From the IMG/VR virus record IMGVR_UViG_3300021254_000002: 56,298 nucleotides of DNA. One strand, given 5' to 3'. This document shows positions 1 to 7,412 of the stretch, piece after piece. Position 1 is the first letter of the stretch. Each line of letters begins with the position of its first letter. The notes under the pieces are model-generated. The model saw only the letters and a program-made list of their open reading frames with translations. It was not told where the DNA came from and made no database searches. The DNA is from a virus. A program made the position numbers and the translations under genes.

Positions 1-127
1 GGGAATGCAGGGATCACGTCCTTGATCACGATAGCGTCGTAAGCAACGTCCAGAGTCGGGAAGTCGATCGTATCGTCGATCTTCTTGTCAGCACCGAGCA
101 CCATGTTAGGAACGTACTTTGCAGCAG
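1..127. repeat. Terminal overlap, identical to 56172-56298 (circular closure)
   Basis: Direct comparison of both contig ends shows 127 identical nt. Confidence 0.95.
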
Positions 128-677
128 AGTTTTTCAGCACGACATAGTCGTTTGCTGCAAGTGTCTTACTACCCTTGTAAGGAGTAACGTCAGCAAGATT
201 GATCTGACCAGTAGTTGCATCAGATGCAACGACTTTCAGAGCACCTTCGTCGGTTGACTCTGCGTCATAGTAACCGCCTGCATCGTCAGACTCTACAAGC
301 ATGTCGCCTGCTTTGACACCAGTGATAGCATTTGCGACAGTGATTGTGTCGTAGTCATCCTTAGAGTGATCGATCGCAGAGATCTCGCGAACGACAGTAC
401 CGCCCTTGACTTGAATCTTGTCGCCTACTTCGAAAAGATTCTCCTTAGAGACACGGATCTTAGTAGTAGTGCCGCCAGTGATGACAGTGCCATGCTTAAC
501 GACAGCAACAGTAAGATCGTCTGGGAAGATCTGCAAGAAGGTGGCACGGATCAGTTCAACTCCGTTGCTGATCGTGTTCAGAAGCTTGTAGCCTGCGGGC
601 AGGATCTTCGCTTCGCCTCTCCAGAAACGCTGAAACGTTCCTTTGAAGCTTTCTTTAGCCTTAAATTCTACAGCCAT
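1..677 (-). CDS. 5' part of a 248-aa capsid-module protein (putative head decoration/accessory protein) that wraps the contig junction
   Basis: ATG at 677-675 (MAVEFKAKESFKGTF...). The frame stays open through base 1 and continues via the overlap to TAA at 56104-56102. The gene lies between the scaffold and major capsid genes. Confidence 0.6.
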   Translation of the reverse strand, partial: MAVEFKAKESFKGTFQRFWRGEAKILPAGYKLLNTISNGVELIRATFLQIFPDDLTVAVVKHGTVITGGTTTKIRVSKENLFEVGDKIQVKGGTVVREISAIDHSKDDYDTITVANAITGVKAGDMLVESDDAGGYYDAESTDEGALKVVASDATTGQINLADVTPYKGSKTLAANDYVVLKNSAAKYVPNMVLGADKKIDDTIDFPTLDVAYDAIVIKDVIPAF

Positions 678-707
678 TGTTTTTGAAGTTTAAATTAGAC
701 ATTGAGT

Positions 708-1319
708 TTACTGTTCGGGCAAATTCTTTACCCAGTCTTCCGCTTCTGCGTTGATTGCGGCTTCCTCTGTTGCACGGTCGCCTGCTGCTTCTTTCGGAAG
801 AAGTTTGTTGTTGACGAGATCCTGCTTGAACTCTGTCAGCTGCTTGCGAGCGTCCGCGTCATCAGCGATCGCGTAATTCTTCATCAAGTAGTCTGGAATT
901 CCGAGTTCCTTCGCGATGCCTGCGATTTCAGATGCACGGTCAGCGGACTTCTTCTCGTTCTTCAACGCTACGTTTTCGTCTTGCAGTGCCTTGATCGTCT
1001 TGTCATTTTCCGCTTTCCATGTCTTAAACCATTCTGGCATGTCCTTCGACGGATCTTCTTTCTTGCCCTTCGTCTCATCTTCTAATTTCTTAGAATCTTC
1101 CTCGAATTGCTTCTTTGCAGCCTGCACCTTGCGCGTTGTCTCGCCTTGCATTGCTTTGCCGATCTCTGCGAATGTGTTCACTGCTTTCGTGATGTCTTCG
1201 TCACTGGCATCATCCTTCAAGCCCTTGCTCGCTGCTGAAACAAGCGATTCAATTGCTTCGTCTGACAATCCGTAGTCCTTGACTGCGTCTTGTAATTTTG
1301 CTTTGATTTTTTCCTTCAT
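708..1319 (-). CDS. Putative capsid scaffolding protein
   Basis: 203 aa, K/E/D-rich helical sequence, directly upstream of the capsid genes. Confidence 0.6.
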   Translation of the reverse strand: MKEKIKAKLQDAVKDYGLSDEAIESLVSAASKGLKDDASDEDITKAVNTFAEIGKAMQGETTRKVQAAKKQFEEDSKKLEDETKGKKEDPSKDMPEWFKTWKAENDKTIKALQDENVALKNEKKSADRASEIAGIAKELGIPDYLMKNYAIADDADARKQLTEFKQDLVNNKLLPKEAAGDRATEEAAINAEAEDWVKNLPEQ

Positions 1320-1460
1320 TTTTGAATTTGAGTTTTAAGTGAATGAAAATTCGTTGGCGAAAATACATAAAAAATTTCTTAATGGTGCTTATTAAACACT
1401 GCTATTTTTGTTAAATCGCGTTAATTTTAAATATTTCAGAGTGGGATTTTTCTCAAAAAG

Positions 1461-1492
1461 TTTGCAAATAACAGAAATATTCCATAATTTTG
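1461..1492 (+). promoter_or_regulatory. Bacteroidota sigma-A type promoter
   Basis: TTTG (1461-1464), 20-nt spacer, TAATTTTG (1485-1492). It sits about 40 nt upstream of the ATG at 1531. Confidence 0.6.
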
Positions 1493-1530
1493 CAAACAGA
1501 AAAGTAATTCATCAAAAAATTCAAAGCAAT

Positions 1531-1899
1531 ATGTTACAGTCAGAGTTTACACAGCGAACAAAGATTAATGTCACAGCAGACATGTTCGCACAGATTCATG
1601 AAGACTACATGAAGTCGAATCTCGACAAAGACGCTTTCTGCGCACAGTGGAAGCGTAAGAATTCAGAGTCAGCAACGCAGGATCTTGTCGATCAGATCCA
1701 GTCGCTTCGTCAGCAGCTTGCAGAAGAAAAGCAGAAGCGTGAAGCAGAGCGCGAGCACGCACAGAAAGAACTTCTGGACGCGCTTCACAAGCGTTCAGCG
1801 TTGGAGAAAGAATTGATCCGTATCTTCGACATCGAAGGCGACTACAAAGCTATTCACGCTATGGAACAGCGGATCATGAACAACTACTATCAGAAGTAA
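1531..1899 (+). CDS. Hypothetical protein (coiled-coil)
   Basis: ORF 1408..1899 trimmed to the internal Met that is preceded by an exact TCAAAGCAAT leader. Confidence 0.6.
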   Translation: MLQSEFTQRTKINVTADMFAQIHEDYMKSNLDKDAFCAQWKRKNSESATQDLVDQIQSLRQQLAEEKQKREAEREHAQKELLDALHKRSALEKELIRIFDIEGDYKAIHAMEQRIMNNYYQK

Positions 1900-1925
1900 T
1901 TATTAACGTCTAAAATCAAAGCAAT

Positions 1926-2135
1926 ATGAATCCAGAGTATTTCAACGAAGCAGTAGCTATCATCAGTCAGTCACTTTCATGCGAAGTGAAGTTCAACACA
2001 CCAGTCAACGACAACTACTCGAACACTTATCCGATCTTGATCATCGAGTCGAACGGAAAAGTGATCGACGATCTGCACAAAGCAGGATTCTCTATGAGTA
2101 TGACAAAGAAAGGTCTCGCAGTAGATAAGTTTTAG
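1926..2135 (+). CDS. Hypothetical protein, 69 aa
   Basis: ORF preceded by ATCAAAGCAAT directly before the ATG. Confidence 0.55.
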   Translation: MNPEYFNEAVAIISQSLSCEVKFNTPVNDNYSNTYPILIIESNGKVIDDLHKAGFSMSMTKKGLAVDKF

Positions 2136-2190
2136 TATTAACAAGAGCGTCTGGATCTCGCGTCTGGACGCGCACAATCATCAAAGCAAT

Positions 2191-2595
2191 ATGGAAAAGC
2201 AGTATCAAATCACGCTCACAGAGCAACAGTACAAGTCAGTGATCGCTATTCTCATGGCGATCAACAGTAACAGACGCTTCCAGACTGGATCGAATCTTCG
2301 CGAGTCTCACGTCTGCAACATCAACGACTTCGACATCAAAACTATGGACTACGTCACGGATTTCGACAACTGGACGGAGTCAGACGATCCAGTATATGTG
2401 AAAGTAGGATCAGAGATCGAGATCGACGGACGTACATACGTCTGCAAAGAGTACGTTACAGATCCAGACGCTGACAACGAGTGCGAAGGTTGCGCGTTCG
2501 CTGATCTTCGTTTCTGTCCGAATCTTGCTTGCTCTGACGAAGATCGCAAAGACAAGAAAAGTGTTCTGTTCGTAGAGAAGGGGGGTGCAGTATGA
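2191..2595 (+). CDS. Hypothetical protein, 134 aa, Cys-rich C-terminus
   Basis: ORF preceded by ATCAAAGCAAT. Its stop overlaps the next start (ATGA). Confidence 0.6.
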   Translation: MEKQYQITLTEQQYKSVIAILMAINSNRRFQTGSNLRESHVCNINDFDIKTMDYVTDFDNWTESDDPVYVKVGSEIEIDGRTYVCKEYVTDPDADNECEGCAFADLRFCPNLACSDEDRKDKKSVLFVEKGGAV

Positions 2596-4115
2596 AGTTG
2601 TTCAGTCAGAATCCAGACTTCTATCCCACACCAGAGCGCGTGATTGCGCAGATGCTCATGGGGGAAGACATCATCGGGAAACGCGTCTTAGAGCCAAGTG
2701 CAGGAAGCGGAAACATAGTCCGTTGGTTGAAGCGCAACGGAGCGCAGGACGTGATCGCATGCGAGAAAGATCCGCACTTGCGCAAGCTTCTGGACGGACA
2801 GTGCAGACTGATCGCAGAAGACTTCCTGCAAGTGTCAGCAGACGAAGTCAGTCACGTTGACTACATCGTCATGAATCCACCTTTCAGCAGAGGTGCGGAA
2901 CACATCTTGCACGCTTACGAGATCGCGCCAGACAACTGTACGATCATCGCTCTCTGCAACACAAGCAATCTATCTGGACGCAGTTACAGCAGAACGAACA
3001 ACGTTCTTGCAGAGACAGTGAAGCTTCACGGATCTCGCGAAGATCTCGGCTGCTGCTTCGAAGATGACGCAGAACGAACGACACGCGTAGAAGTGTCGCT
3101 GCTGAAACTCTACAAGCAAGGATCTGGAGACAGCGAGTTCGCTGACTATTTCTTCTCTGCATACGACGAAGACGATCTCTCTGGATCTGGAAAAGAAGGT
3201 CTCATGTCCTACAACTTCGTTCGTGACATCGTCAATCGCTACGTGTCCGCTGTGAAGCTGTTTGACAGTGTTCTCGCTGCTTCTAAGGAGATCAACGATC
3301 TCGCGGACTTCTACGACTTCAAGACTGTCACTGATCCGACAACTGGCGAGAGTAAGCAGGAACGCGTCAGCTATGGATCTGTGCCAGTCCGCTTTGGTGC
3401 GATCGTAGTCAAGGATGACGAACGACTTGCAAGCGAAGGAACAGCGATCACACATGATCAGTACAAGAAAGCGTTGCAGAAGCACTACTGGAAGATCATC
3501 TTCTCAAAGCTTCACATGGAAAAGTACGCTACTGCACAGCTACGCGATCAGATCAATAAGTTCGTAGAACAGCAGACGAACGTTCCGTTCACGATGAAGA
3601 ATATTTATCGCGTCATCGACATCGTGATCCAGACGAACGGACAGCGCATGCAGCGAGCACTGACGGAAGCTTTCGACACGATCTGTTCATTCAGTGCAGA
3701 GAATTCCACTGCGGGCGAGACATGGAAGACGAACGCTAACTACATGGTAAATCGTAAGTTCATCGTTCCCTACATCGTGTCCGTCGGTTGGAACTGTACG
3801 TTCGAAGTCGATTACAGCGACTACGTTCATCGGAAATGCGAAATGATCGAAGATGTAGTCAAAGCACTCTGCACGATCACTGGACGCGACTACGACACGA
3901 TCGGATCACTCCGACGCTTCATCTATAACAATCGCGACAAGATCAAGTTCGGACAGTGGTTCGAATGGGGATTCTTCCGCTGCAAGGGATTCAAGAAGGG
4001 AACTATGCACTTCGAGTTCATCGATGAAGATGTCTGGTACAAGTTCAACTACGAGTGCGCGAAGCTTCGCGGTTGGAATCTTCCAAAGAAGACACAGAAA
4101 GCACGTCGCAGATGA
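2592..4115 (+). CDS. Orphan N6-adenine-type DNA methyltransferase with a large C-terminal domain of unknown function
   Basis: SAM-binding motif I LEPSAGSGN and catalytic motif IV NPPF in the first 130 aa. No restriction partner is visible. Confidence 0.8.
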   Translation: MKLFSQNPDFYPTPERVIAQMLMGEDIIGKRVLEPSAGSGNIVRWLKRNGAQDVIACEKDPHLRKLLDGQCRLIAEDFLQVSADEVSHVDYIVMNPPFSRGAEHILHAYEIAPDNCTIIALCNTSNLSGRSYSRTNNVLAETVKLHGSREDLGCCFEDDAERTTRVEVSLLKLYKQGSGDSEFADYFFSAYDEDDLSGSGKEGLMSYNFVRDIVNRYVSAVKLFDSVLAASKEINDLADFYDFKTVTDPTTGESKQERVSYGSVPVRFGAIVVKDDERLASEGTAITHDQYKKALQKHYWKIIFSKLHMEKYATAQLRDQINKFVEQQTNVPFTMKNIYRVIDIVIQTNGQRMQRALTEAFDTICSFSAENSTAGETWKTNANYMVNRKFIVPYIVSVGWNCTFEVDYSDYVHRKCEMIEDVVKALCTITGRDYDTIGSLRRFIYNNRDKIKFGQWFEWGFFRCKGFKKGTMHFEFIDEDVWYKFNYECAKLRGWNLPKKTQKARRR

Positions 4116-4196
4116 TCCGTTTCGGATCGTCTGCCTGCTTCTTTTGTAAAAGAACTGGAAAATCTTGCATCAAAAACGAAAATTTTTCAAGAAAAG

Positions 4197-4228
4197 TTTG
4201 CATATTTCGGTTATTTGCAATATATTTG
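4197..4228 (+). promoter_or_regulatory. Bacteroidota sigma-A type promoter
   Basis: TTTG (4197-4200), 20-nt spacer, TATATTTG (4221-4228). Confidence 0.6.
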
Positions 4229-4257
4229 CAGCAAGTTTAACAAACAATCAAAGCAAT

Positions 4258-5160
4258 ATGAGTACAAAGTCTTTCACTATCACAGAGATCTTAGAAGATC
4301 GTCAGCGCGTCCACGATGCCGCTTCTACAGAAGTCAAGAAGCAGATGTGCGCTAAGTACGGAATCACGTCGAACAAGACAAAGGAGGTCGAGAAAGCTAT
4401 TCTCGCGATCGGTCTTGAACTCCACAAGCAGAACACTACGTTCACAGTGACGGAAGACGTTCGCGTCTTCGATCTGTACTGGAATCGTCCAGAGTCAGCA
4501 CAGAAGATCCGCGAAGCATTCGCAGACGAACGCGAAGCCTTCATTCGCTTCTATCTGGATCGCTTGCAGAAACAGTACGATCTGAATCCGCTTCGCGGAC
4601 GTTGGATCTTGCGTCCTTTGAACTTTATCAAGCAGATCTTGAACGAGCGCACAACGGACAACACAGAGCGCGACGCGCTCGCACTCGCGCTTGACGTACA
4701 GATGAAGGATTTTCACGATCGCTTCATCAAAGCACATCTGGACTATGCAAACTGGAAGTTCGATCACATGTTCCAGAAGTACGCAGAGATCAAGTCTACG
4801 CGTGACATCATCTTGAAGCTGAATGTTTCGGATCAGAAGGAAGTCGAGCGTCTGCACAAGATGATCTCGACATTCCGCGTCGAGTCCAGAGACTTCGATA
4901 AGGACTACTACATCGAGCGCGTTCGCAGAGACTTCGAAGCAGAGTATCTTCGCTGTCTTCTGATGATCGCTGACAGAGTGCTGACAGCTAAGATGAACAC
5001 GAAGCAGATCAGCGTCCAGAACGTCAGTAGCAGCGACGCGAAAGCATTCGACATCTACGTCAAAGACGATCAGCGCACGATGCACGCACGTTCGATCTGG
5101 TGCGCAGAGTACAGCGAGATCGTGACACCTCACTGGCGATTCATCATCACGAACGCATAA
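4258..5160 (+). CDS. Hypothetical protein, 300 aa
   Basis: ORF 4165..5160 trimmed to the Met preceded by ATCAAAGCAAT. The promoter lies just upstream. Confidence 0.65.
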   Translation: MSTKSFTITEILEDRQRVHDAASTEVKKQMCAKYGITSNKTKEVEKAILAIGLELHKQNTTFTVTEDVRVFDLYWNRPESAQKIREAFADEREAFIRFYLDRLQKQYDLNPLRGRWILRPLNFIKQILNERTTDNTERDALALALDVQMKDFHDRFIKAHLDYANWKFDHMFQKYAEIKSTRDIILKLNVSDQKEVERLHKMISTFRVESRDFDKDYYIERVRRDFEAEYLRCLLMIADRVLTAKMNTKQISVQNVSSSDAKAFDIYVKDDQRTMHARSIWCAEYSEIVTPHWRFIITNA

Positions 5161-5234
5161 GTTATCATCAGTCAATAAACAACGCGTCAGGCGCAAGGGA
5201 AACAGCGTCTGACGCACTTAAAACAATATACAGC

Positions 5235-5555
5235 ATGGCAACACTACAAGCACTTATCGAAGACTTCAACGCAAGCGTCGAAGCAGTAAAGAACGAAAGA
5301 CAGAAGCAGCGAAAGATCCTGCAAGAAGTAACGGATCGCTTCTGTGATCACAAAGTAGGGCAGAAAGCGACGATCGAACGGAACGGACGTACTGTCACGA
5401 TCGTCTGCAAGCATGTCAAGACAGACATCTTCAACGGAAAAGCATTGTTCTCTTACGACTTCAAGCAGTTGAAGAAAGACGGAACACTCTCGCGGAATGA
5501 CATCTATGTCTACAATCAAGAAATCAACTGGATCGACGAATACATGCAAGTATGA
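5235..5555 (+). CDS. Hypothetical protein, 106 aa
   Basis: Internal Met of ORF 5100..5555, downstream of the hairpin at 5184-5215. Confidence 0.55.
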   Translation: MATLQALIEDFNASVEAVKNERQKQRKILQEVTDRFCDHKVGQKATIERNGRTVTIVCKHVKTDIFNGKALFSYDFKQLKKDGTLSRNDIYVYNQEINWIDEYMQV

Positions 5556-5764
5556 GCACAATAAAGATTCAACACACTCACGTCTTTGAGTTTCGCGAGG
5601 GTGGCGACTGCGACAAATGTGACATGCGCGACTACTGTCTCGAAGCATTCGATCAAGAATGTGACGAAGGAACTCTGGGATATTACGAAGAAGTAGATGA
5701 AGAAATAAATCAGATAGAAGATGAAACAGAGACAACAGAAAGTCTATCATGTGGAACTCGCTGA
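5552..5764 (+). CDS. Hypothetical acidic Cys-containing protein, 70 aa
   Basis: ATGA overlap with the upstream gene. Confidence 0.45.
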   Translation: MSTIKIQHTHVFEFREGGDCDKCDMRDYCLEAFDQECDEGTLGYYEEVDEEINQIEDETETTESLSCGTR

Positions 5765-5984
5765 TCCGCGAGGAAACGAGCCGAAGCACAGCTATTTCGG
5801 ATCGCAAGCTGCGATCTTCCAGACGTTCGGAAATGAGCGTCTGGGGATCTCATATCGATCACTCTCGAACAACTACAACTTGCAGGAACGAGAATATTCG
5901 AATCGGCACTGCACAATTCGCATGGGATATTTGCAAGTGTCAAGAAAAAACCGTAACTTTGCACCCACAATCAAAGCAATATGA
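5721..5984 (+). CDS. Hypothetical protein, 87 aa
   Basis: ORF whose stop overlaps the ARH start. It contains the next promoter, so coding status is uncertain. Confidence 0.35.
   Translation: MKQRQQKVYHVELADPRGNEPKHSYFGSQAAIFQTFGNERLGISYRSLSNNYNLQEREYSNRHCTIRMGYLQVSRKNRNFAPTIKAI
5930..5961 (+). promoter_or_regulatory. Bacteroidota sigma-A type promoter for the ARH gene
   Basis: TTTG (5930-5933), 20-nt spacer, TAACTTTG (5954-5961), then the leader ATCAAAGCAAT and ATG at 5981. Confidence 0.6.
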
Positions 5985-6829
5985 GTATGATGACAACAGT
6001 AAACAAGAACAAGCATCTTTTCGGTGCTATCATAGGCGACATCGTAGGCAGCGTCTATGAGTTCGGCAGACAGAAGTCCTACGACTTCGATTTCTTCTCG
6101 TATGGATGCAACATCACTGATGACACAATCCTTACATGCGCGACAGCAGAAGCGATCCTTAGAAACGGAAACATCGTTGACACGCAGGACTTCGCGAACG
6201 AGTACTACGACTTTGCGAAAGAGTTTCCACACCCTATGGGCGGCTATGGCGCAGGATTCTCTACATGGGTCTACGACGGAACGATGCGCCCTTACAACTC
6301 ACTCGGCAACGGTGCTCCGATGCGTGTCTCTCCCTGCGCGTATTTCAGTGCGTACATCAATCGCTGTCTGGAAGTCGCTACGATGTCAGCGTCAGCGACA
6401 CACAATCACTGGCAGGCGATCCGCGCTGTGCAGTGCGTAACGTTCGCGATCTACGAACTGCGTCACGGAACGTCAGTCGAAGATCTGATACAAAAAATCT
6501 ATCAGCAGTACGAGTACGGAATGATAAGACTCTGCACGAAAGATCAGAAAGCATACGATCTCTTTCAGCAGAAGTACGAATACACAGAGCACAGTGAAAA
6601 GACAGTGATCGGTGCTCTCATTTGCGCTCTCTCTGCGACTTCATTCGAAGACGCGATCAGACGCGCTGTCTCTCTCGGTGGCGACGCAGACACACTCGCT
6701 GCGATCGCAGGATCAATCGCAGAAGCACGCTTCGAGATTCCAGACGCTATGATCGACGTAGCGAAGCAGAAACTCCCGAAGAAGCTGCTTGACATTGTGA
6801 CGGAATTCAACGAAACAATCGCATTATGA
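5981..6829 (+). CDS. ADP-ribosylglycohydrolase (ARH/DraG family)
   Basis: N-terminal GAIIGDIVGSVYEF, DDTILT, and C-terminal GGDADTLAAIAGSIAEA, all typical of the ARH fold. Confidence 0.85.
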   Translation: MSMMTTVNKNKHLFGAIIGDIVGSVYEFGRQKSYDFDFFSYGCNITDDTILTCATAEAILRNGNIVDTQDFANEYYDFAKEFPHPMGGYGAGFSTWVYDGTMRPYNSLGNGAPMRVSPCAYFSAYINRCLEVATMSASATHNHWQAIRAVQCVTFAIYELRHGTSVEDLIQKIYQQYEYGMIRLCTKDQKAYDLFQQKYEYTEHSEKTVIGALICALSATSFEDAIRRAVSLGGDADTLAAIAGSIAEARFEIPDAMIDVAKQKLPKKLLDIVTEFNETIAL

Positions 6830-7065
6830 TCACAGTACAAGAAAAGCAGAAGAAAGCGCAGGAAGTAGCAAGTTCATACGGCTACGACTACGTGAAGTTC
6901 GTCAAGAACATCGGCAACGTGTCCGTTTATCGCGGAATGACTCATGAAGAAAAGATGTTAGGACTTCCGCTGTTCATAGAGATCGATGACAACGGCAACG
7001 TCATCGAACAGCAGAGTCTTGAATATATGGAACTAATAGAAGACGAAGAAAATGAAGAAAAGTGA
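6826..7065 (+). CDS. Hypothetical protein, 79 aa
   Basis: ORF overlapping the ARH stop (ATGA). Confidence 0.5.
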   Translation: MITVQEKQKKAQEVASSYGYDYVKFVKNIGNVSVYRGMTHEEKMLGLPLFIEIDDNGNVIEQQSLEYMELIEDEENEEK

Positions 7066-7363
7066 TATTATTGCACTGTGTCACTACTACAAAGGAGAGA
7101 CACAGAATCCGTTCGAGAATAAGGATCAGAACAAGACATTGCTCTGGATCTACGAACAAATCTGGGTTGAAGACATGCAGAACGACAACTGTACGTTCAC
7201 GGATCTTCTGACAGACTATCTGGACGCAGGACTGCGAGACTTCTGCAAGACGGATGACACTCCGATCACGCTGAAAGCTTTGCTGTTCAATCGTTTCTGC
7301 AAGATGCAGGATCGCACAGATCCAGAAGCTTTCAAAGAGTTCTATCAGAAGTACTACTCATAG
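7052..7363 (+). CDS. Hypothetical protein, 103 aa
   Basis: Last ORF of the plus-strand island, followed by a terminator. Confidence 0.55.
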   Translation: MKKSDIIALCHYYKGETQNPFENKDQNKTLLWIYEQIWVEDMQNDNCTFTDLLTDYLDAGLRDFCKTDDTPITLKALLFNRFCKMQDRTDPEAFKEFYQKYYS

Positions 7364-7370
7364 AGACAAA

Positions 7371-7408
7371 GAAGCGGAAAGTTCGATTGCTTTCCGCTTC
7401 TTTTTTTT
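7371..7408. terminator. Rho-independent terminator between convergent operons
   Basis: 11-bp stem GAAGCGGAAAG / CTTTCCGCTTC (7371-7381 and 7390-7400) followed by T8 (7401-7408). Confidence 0.8.
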
Positions 7409-7412
7409 GTGA

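Noticed and set aside
1-127. End repeat considered as a genuine direct terminal repeat of the virion DNA
   Set aside because: A length of exactly 127 nt matches a common assembler k-mer overlap, and the repeat lies in the middle of a gene. A physical DTR cannot be fully excluded without read data.
366-686. Plus-strand ORF of 106 aa at the left end of the window
   Set aside because: It lies antisense to a minus-strand ORF that starts at 677. That ORF is continuous across the circular junction, has a sensible position in the capsid module, and has a composition like the neighbouring structural genes.
5749-6060. Alternative 103-aa plus-strand ORF overlapping the ARH start
   Set aside because: It overlaps the well-supported ARH gene out of frame and has an Arg/Ser-rich low-complexity sequence.
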